Positions 58,822 through 64,000 of a stretch of 64,000 bases of DNA are shown piece by piece. The notes under the pieces were generated by a model. It was given only the letters and a program-made list of their open reading frames with translations, was not told the DNA's origin and did not search any database. Location: IMG/VR virus record IMGVR_UViG_3300010399_000031, positions 1-64,000 of that record; one strand, 5' to 3'. Position 1 is the first letter of the stretch. Every line of letters begins with the position of its first letter. Made by a program: the position numbers and the translations under genes.

Positions 58822-59625
58822 TTATCTGTTTCCACCCATGTTCATCCGGATAAGTCGAGTCCAGCTTTCCCGATCGTTCATGAGGGCGGTCTTGGCCCAC
58901 TTCTCGGTCAGGTGGGTTTGATACAATTCTTCAGCATCGGCCCAACCATCGACGATCTCACGAAAACGCCCTAGGTTTTGACCACCGTAGAGTTGCCCCT
59001 TATCCATCTGAATGGTGTATTGGCTGAAGATAAAAGACTTCACCGCCAACTCCACCAATTTGGCAAACGAGCGGTATGAGCGCAGCTGGATGTGCGACAT
59101 ATTCTCGTCATTGGCCAAAATACAGCGCAGATAGATGTTAGCGGGCAACACCACCGTGTCACGCACCATCACCACGTTCTCGCCGATCAGTTGCACATAA
59201 GCGGTGGATGTAACCGGCATCGAACCCATCGCATCCATCACTGCTTGCGTACCTTGCAGCATGAAGGTGTTCTGATCCCCTGCGGCTACGCCATAGGAGG
59301 AGACTTTGGTCGGATCCGAGAACGTGATGTTCATCACACTCATGATCGAGCGACCCTGAGTCTTGTCTTTCGGAATCCGATAGATCGAAGTGTAATCATT
59401 CTGACGGTATGCCGGAATCCCATCGAGCGGAATGAACACTTCCGTGCCACCTACCAAATTGCAGTCGACCAACACGTGCGGGCGCACCACAAGAGACATC
59501 AACTGCTCATCGAGATCCATGAACGCGTCGCGATAACCCTGCTCCACGGGAGTAAAGACGGTGCGCAGGATGTCCATGGGAATGATGCGCTTCACATTGG
59601 CAAGCGCGTAGCGTACGCAATCCAT
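58822..59625 (-). CDS. phiKZ-like conserved virion protein
   Basis: GAGGG RBS; YAL..VK..IP..IL N-terminus and VLVDCNLVGG block. Confidence 0.7.
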   Translation of the reverse strand: MDCVRYALANVKRIIPMDILRTVFTPVEQGYRDAFMDLDEQLMSLVVRPHVLVDCNLVGGTEVFIPLDGIPAYRQNDYTSIYRIPKDKTQGRSIMSVMNITFSDPTKVSSYGVAAGDQNTFMLQGTQAVMDAMGSMPVTSTAYVQLIGENVVMVRDTVVLPANIYLRCILANDENMSHIQLRSYRSFAKLVELAVKSFIFSQYTIQMDKGQLYGGQNLGRFREIVDGWADAEELYQTHLTEKWAKTALMNDRESWTRLIRMNMGGNR

Positions 59626-59651
59626 GTTATCCCTCTAAAGAAATTTGAACA

Positions 59652-59669
59652 TATATCATCTACCTGAGG
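59652..59669 (+). promoter_or_regulatory. putative early promoter TATATCAT-N6-GAGG
   Basis: Same motif family as 8753. Confidence 0.55.
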
Positions 59670-59705
59670 TCAGGCATCCATACAATCCTTTGATAGAGGT
59701 CAAGC

Positions 59706-60020
59706 GTGATACAAGCCAGTCATTTCGATCGAACCAAGGCATTGATATCGGCCAATATCGGCATTTGCGAGCGTCGATTGAAGTTGTTGTTGTCATTTCC
59801 CGACGAAGAGTCCATTCAGTATGTCGCACCACTTGCGTCGTTGGTTCAGCAGTCACTTGAAAAATTAAAAGAGTGCGCCGATAAAGGTAAGCGTCTTCAA
59901 TCAGAAAGTTCTAAAGAAAAATACATCGGGGAGTCTTTGATCCTACTGGAAAATCTTTCGAATCAACTGGATGCATTTGACGACGCTCTTAAGCGAACCA
60001 AATGGGGACGCGTCGAATGA
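59706..60020 (+). CDS. hypothetical protein
   Basis: GTG start with GAGGT RBS. Confidence 0.6.
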   Translation: MIQASHFDRTKALISANIGICERRLKLLLSFPDEESIQYVAPLASLVQQSLEKLKECADKGKRLQSESSKEKYIGESLILLENLSNQLDAFDDALKRTKWGRVE

Positions 60021-60051
60021 AAAAGTTAAACAAGAGGACGAAGTAACAATC

Positions 60052-60699
60052 ATGAACCGTGTCTTCCGTATGGCCTTGGAGAATTTGTCTCCAGACATGA
60101 AGTTGTACCATTACGCAGCTCAAAAACACGAGGTGTTAAAAACCGTTGAAGTTCGCAGCAAGATTTCCAAGACTAAGCAAGCCGATGCGTTTGAGGACAT
60201 GAAGATCCACAAAGATCCTGGTACGTATCTCCAGCATATCTCGTTTTTCCTTGAATCGGTTCCCCTGGATGTAGTGGGTCGTGTCTTCGGAAAAGATCAT
60301 CCGTTCTGGTATCCCGGACACGATATTTTCGAACACGTGGTCAGTCTTGATCGCATGTCGGATTTTAAGTACCGAATTGTTGAGTCCCCGCTGGCGAATA
60401 AGATGTTCTACGATACGGATTGGGATGAACTCGACGACAACGACAAGTTGGTGTTTTTCCGCAAACTCGCCGAAGCGCAGAAAGCTGCCGGGGAAATCGG
60501 TAAAGGAGCCAGCCAATTCCATAACGCAGCTATTAAACTAATTGGTTCGACTCGGCGCGCATTTGAGGAGCTACCCAAACAACCTAATTGGGATGAGATC
60601 AAAAAACAGTATGCTGCGACCGTTCCGCATGTGATGTTGTATCCAGAAGGCGGTGAAGTAAAAGTCGATGAAATTCATGAAGTGAAAATCCCGCACTAG
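60052..60699 (+). CDS. putative head protein
   Basis: Start MNRVFRMALE (ALE maturation motif); HISFFLE and YAATVPH blocks. Confidence 0.6.
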   Translation: MNRVFRMALENLSPDMKLYHYAAQKHEVLKTVEVRSKISKTKQADAFEDMKIHKDPGTYLQHISFFLESVPLDVVGRVFGKDHPFWYPGHDIFEHVVSLDRMSDFKYRIVESPLANKMFYDTDWDELDDNDKLVFFRKLAEAQKAAGEIGKGASQFHNAAIKLIGSTRRAFEELPKQPNWDEIKKQYAATVPHVMLYPEGGEVKVDEIHEVKIPH

Positions 60700-60757
60700 G
60701 TTTTTAGTGGGCGATCTCCTTCCTATGTGAAGATCTGCTAACAAGGAGTTTAAAGAA

Positions 60758-61759
60758 ATGACTCAGGAACTGAATACCCGTGGCAAAGTGCGCATCTACG
60801 CCTGCGGCGGCTGCGGCGTGAACATCGGTTCGATGTTGGAAAAATGGCGACCCGATCCTTCGCCGACGATTGCTCAACTAGACATCGCCTACATCGACAC
60901 CTCGCGCTCGAACCTCAAACACGTGAACGCGCCGGCCGATCGCATCTACCTGTTCGAAGGTTTGGACGGCTCGGGTCAGATTCGCAAGGAAAACGTCAAG
61001 GACATCTCGGTGAAAGTGGCCGACATTCTGGACACGTTCGAACCGCAAGACCTCGCGATCGTGCTGCACTCGGCCTGTGGCGGTTCGGGTTCAGTCATCG
61101 GCCCCTCGATCGTCTCGGCACTGCTCGAAGCGAAGAAAGCCGTGATCGTGCTCATGGTCGGTTCAGCCGACACGCGACTCGATGCGCTGAACACGATGAA
61201 TACCCTGAAATCGTACGACTCGATCGCCAAGATGCGGGGTCTACCGGTGGTGCTCTCGTACCAGCAAAACAGTCGTGAAAACAAACGCGAAGCGGTCGAC
61301 GAACAGATGGTTGGCACTGCCGTGTCGCTCGCGATTCTGTGGTCGGCGAACAATCGGGAACTGGATTCGAAGGATCTGTACAACTTCCTGAACTTCCACA
61401 TCCCGACCACGTTCGAGGCGCAGGTGGCACACCTCACCTTGCTGCAACCGGACGACACGCTCAGCGAAGACGTCGGTCAAGTCATCTCCGTGGCAACCCT
61501 CGCAAAACGTGGGCAAGACACGGCGCTCGACCCGGCCCCTGAAGTGCAGTATCGCGGCTTTCTCGCCGACGACGCCCCCGATCGACTGCTGGCGGCCATG
61601 CCGACGCATTTCTTCGTGACCGACGGCATCCTCGACGAAGTGAACATGATGCTCAAAACCACCCTCAAGCAACACGAGGTCCAACAACAATCGAGGACAA
61701 CCAAGGAGGGATTCCTCACCGATGCTGACAAGCCTACGCATTCTGGCTTGGTTCTTTAA
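60758..61759 (+). CDS. phuZ: PhuZ phage tubulin
   Basis: ACGGCGVNIG, IDTS, GSG and SACGGSGSVIG tubulin/FtsZ signatures; ELDSKD T7-like loop. Confidence 0.93.
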   Translation: MTQELNTRGKVRIYACGGCGVNIGSMLEKWRPDPSPTIAQLDIAYIDTSRSNLKHVNAPADRIYLFEGLDGSGQIRKENVKDISVKVADILDTFEPQDLAIVLHSACGGSGSVIGPSIVSALLEAKKAVIVLMVGSADTRLDALNTMNTLKSYDSIAKMRGLPVVLSYQQNSRENKREAVDEQMVGTAVSLAILWSANNRELDSKDLYNFLNFHIPTTFEAQVAHLTLLQPDDTLSEDVGQVISVATLAKRGQDTALDPAPEVQYRGFLADDAPDRLLAAMPTHFFVTDGILDEVNMMLKTTLKQHEVQQQSRTTKEGFLTDADKPTHSGLVL

Positions 61760-61774
61760 ACAGACCAAGTTCAG

Positions 61775-62221
61775 TTGGCTGGTTCATCAGTTAGCATGGG
61801 TTAAACGAGTCCGTCAGGTGTGGCCAAGAGCGGTCTTGGCTACGCTATTTAAAGTGACCGCTAGACAACGCCGAAGGCGCCTACCGCGCATTAAGAGGAT
61901 GCGTATGGACACGCCTTTTGCGCAAGTCTTGGGGATTGCTAAATCCTGACGGAATTCGCCCCCTGGACTAACTACCCTGATCCAGTCGATCTTTCGTTAA
62001 AACTTGTCAAAATCTGTCAAGTTGGGCATAGCACATGAGAGAGTTGAAGACGCACTCGATACCAAGAGATCATCGGGGTTTGATCACCCTGACTTGATCG
62101 TATGAGTGGTAAATACGTCTACACCATGTCGCACGATACGCCCTGAGGGGCCGCCTTGAGAGCTAACCCGAACTCCCGCCCTAAGGGGCGCATCGGTGCG
62201 TAGTCGGCGGGCCCCTCACCA
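61775..62221 (+). ncRNA. candidate structured non-coding RNA (three domains)
   Basis: Nested long-range helices with G-U pairs consistent with the + strand; see findings. Confidence 0.5.
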
Positions 62222-62242
62222 CCACCCTTTTGGAGGAACCTG

Positions 62243-62344
62243 ATGTTTAGGAGACTAAGAGAATGGTGGGAGTTTTGGATGGATTTTCGAGCTTTCATGA
62301 AAGAACTTAAAGAAGTCAAGAACTCAACCACACTATCCAAATAG
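62243..62344 (+). CDS. 33-aa peptide, not in ORF track
   Basis: GGAGGA RBS; MFRRLREWWEFWMDFRAFMKELKEVKNSTTLSK*; stop overlaps the RBS of the next gene. Confidence 0.6.
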   Translation: MFRRLREWWEFWMDFRAFMKELKEVKNSTTLSK

Positions 62345-62353
62345 GAGACCAAC

Positions 62354-62599
62354 ATGTTTGGCCGGTTCTTTAACTGGCTCTTCAGAAAAGAAATTGCAGC
62401 TACGAAAAACGTATTTAGCGATGCGTCGTGTTCGTACTGTGAAAGTCGAGGTTTTTACCAGTACTCGATCGATGAAGTAGCCGTCTACAGTTGCACCCAC
62501 TGCCGCAACGCTTTCACGTTGCCGCGCAACATCTGTACGCTAAGTGATGCAGATCAGGCATTGCCCGAGAAACAGAACACACCCCTTGGCGCGCTTTAG
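62354..62599 (+). CDS. small zinc-ribbon protein
   Basis: AGGAG RBS; CSYC..CTHC. Confidence 0.7.
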   Translation: MFGRFFNWLFRKEIAATKNVFSDASCSYCESRGFYQYSIDEVAVYSCTHCRNAFTLPRNICTLSDADQALPEKQNTPLGAL

Positions 62600-62605
62600 C
62601 GCGAT

Positions 62606-62664
62606 TGAGTCAGTTTTGCTATCTGTCTTCTATCCAGGAGGCGATAGCAAAACTGACTTATGCC
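62606..62664 (+). terminator. long hairpin + TATGCC
   Basis: TGAGTCAGTTTTGCTATC/GATAGCAAAACTGACTTA stem plus inner stem. Confidence 0.65.
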
Positions 62665-62809
62665 GTTATACGGGATAGTCCTTGGAACAAAGTGAAAGAC
62701 AATTCAGCTTTAAACATAGCTCTAAAACGCACCAGAACGGGCGTAGAGCGGCTCCTTTATCCTTTTTTATACGCACCACGTATCTTGTGGTACAAAGCCG
62801 GGAAAACCG

Positions 62810-63193
62810 ATGCCGAAATACAATGCGACACTCATCCAAGATGCTGGTGAGTTGATTGCGTATCTAGAACAACCACTGTGGGTAATTCTCATGAAGTATG
62901 ATCCGAGACATTACCTCAGTATAAAACACGTCTACGAGTGGTTAATCCGCGAGGAGATCGAAGTTGTCTACGGGCTATCGTGTATCGGACACAGACACCG
63001 ACTCGATCCTTACCGTAAGATACGGAACAAGCTTACCAGAGCCATACCAGTCCCGCTGGAGAAGTTAATTCCAGCCTACATCAAGGCCCCTCGAATTTAC
63101 GATAATCCATTTGTCCAAGTTGATCTGATGGAAGGCACCGACCTTTACATCCAGTACTTTCAACACGGGACTCAATCAGCACTGACTTTCTGA
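62810..63193 (+). CDS. hypothetical protein (phiKZ-like core neighbourhood)
   Basis: 127-aa ORF at the head of an operon. Confidence 0.7.
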   Translation: MPKYNATLIQDAGELIAYLEQPLWVILMKYDPRHYLSIKHVYEWLIREEIEVVYGLSCIGHRHRLDPYRKIRNKLTRAIPVPLEKLIPAYIKAPRIYDNPFVQVDLMEGTDLYIQYFQHGTQSALTF

Positions 63194-63200
63194 AGAAAAA

Positions 63201-63923
63201 ATGGACCTTGCGCTTTTGGAAGCACTCACCGCTGAAGAGCATAGCGGTCGAAGACTTTATCTGGATATTCTTGAAGTTGCGTCACGACTGGAGCGCAACT
63301 ACGGTCATTACTTCAAACCCTATTTAGGAGAGCAGCTGTATTTTGATGGCGTAAGTCGCCCGATCCTGGATTTCGAAAAGAACACCTATCACTCGATGGT
63401 GGAGAAAGATCCACTAAGACCGGGTGAACTCGTGAGTGTGTCGATCCGCGACGCCAATGCGCTGCGTGAGGCGGATGTGTACGATCAACACGAGCGGCTG
63501 GTGGTGCGGGGTAAAGATGTGGTCAAATTGCGGGTGCAGCCAAGTGATCCTGTGCGCATGATGGATTTCATCGTGGAGTACGTCTCGGACTACTGCCACT
63601 CACGCATTCCCGCATTTGAAAAGAAAGGGCGAGGTCTTAATGAGATCTTCGAAAGTTTTCTCTCACCCGAGATGCTCGATGACTTTGAGGTCTTAAAGAA
63701 AAAGGACCCCAATGATGCGGAATACTTTGTCTCAGAAATCTTCTACTTGATCGATCCCTTGTTAGCCGAAGTGCGCGAATTCATGGGGCCGAACAAGTGG
63801 ATGATTTTCCTGGTCAGGCGCCAAGCGTTTGATTTGGTGCTCGACGCCTATCTAGACTACCGCATCTACGTCTATCATGAGCGACTCAAGCAAGAGCAGG
63901 ACGATACCTCATGCGAGTCGTAA
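63201..63923 (+). CDS. hypothetical protein (phiKZ-like core neighbourhood)
   Basis: 240 aa, ends in a DYRI-containing block. Confidence 0.75.
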   Translation: MDLALLEALTAEEHSGRRLYLDILEVASRLERNYGHYFKPYLGEQLYFDGVSRPILDFEKNTYHSMVEKDPLRPGELVSVSIRDANALREADVYDQHERLVVRGKDVVKLRVQPSDPVRMMDFIVEYVSDYCHSRIPAFEKKGRGLNEIFESFLSPEMLDDFEVLKKKDPNDAEYFVSEIFYLIDPLLAEVREFMGPNKWMIFLVRRQAFDLVLDAYLDYRIYVYHERLKQEQDDTSCES

Positions 63924-64000
63924 ATCAAGTATTTGTCATCTCGCTACAAGAGCCGGCGCTACTGGTCAAAGACTACATGCGCAAGTTCTACAGTCAGAGT
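63911..64000 (+). CDS. next gene, 3' truncated by window
   Basis: ATG 63911 overlaps the previous gene, AGGA RBS, frame open to window end (MRVVNQVFVISLQEP...). Confidence 0.55.
   Translation, partial: MRVVNQVFVISLQEPALLVKDYMRKFYSQS

Noticed and set aside
61722-61949. 75-aa track ORF overlapping the phuZ end
   Set aside because: No clear RBS, overlaps phuZ out of frame, and the sequence is better explained by RNA pairing.
62145-62221. Canonical tRNA or tmRNA
   Set aside because: No T-loop consensus, anticodon arm, G3-U70 pair or tag reading frame recognised; kept only as tRNA-like.
62605-62850. 81-aa track ORF
   Set aside because: TTG start inside a long hairpin/terminator with no RBS; probably non-coding.
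1-64000. Alternative genetic code or inteins in TerL, RNAP or UvsX
   Set aside because: Core genes are full length in the standard code and use all three stops; no intein-sized insertion with C...HN ends seen.

Overview
This 64-kb window is from a phiKZ-like jumbo myophage (Chimalliviridae-type, probably nucleus-forming, although no chimallin gene lies in this window). Family assignments come from motifs and gene order recalled from memory, not from database searches. The window carries conserved core blocks: SbcC/Rad50-like ATPase, UvsX, virion RNA polymerase subunits (gp149-, gp180- and gp178-like), the giant gp181-like tail lytic transglycosylase, the gp175-like head protease, tail tube and sheath, baseplate-type proteins, large terminase and PhuZ tubulin. 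An early/accessory gene cluster lies at about 51-58.7 kb. Mobile elements are a complete group I intron with an HNH homing endonuclease in the vRNAP beta gene (26521-27913), a free-standing HNH gene and a GIY-YIG gene. The most unusual signals are: (1) an approximately 450-nt densely base-paired non-coding region after phuZ that ends in a 77-nt element with a 7-bp acceptor-like stem and ACCA; (2) a terminase gene whose N-terminus appears twice, so the conserved frame seems to start at ATT behind a 35-codon upstream ORF; (3) a UGA followed by an open frame and a stem-loop; (4) a recurrent hairpin+TATGCC gene-end signal; (5) an orphan DUF6527-like gene and an Ntn-hydrolase. No CRISPR array, rRNA or canonical tRNA was seen. 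The host cannot be determined from this window.
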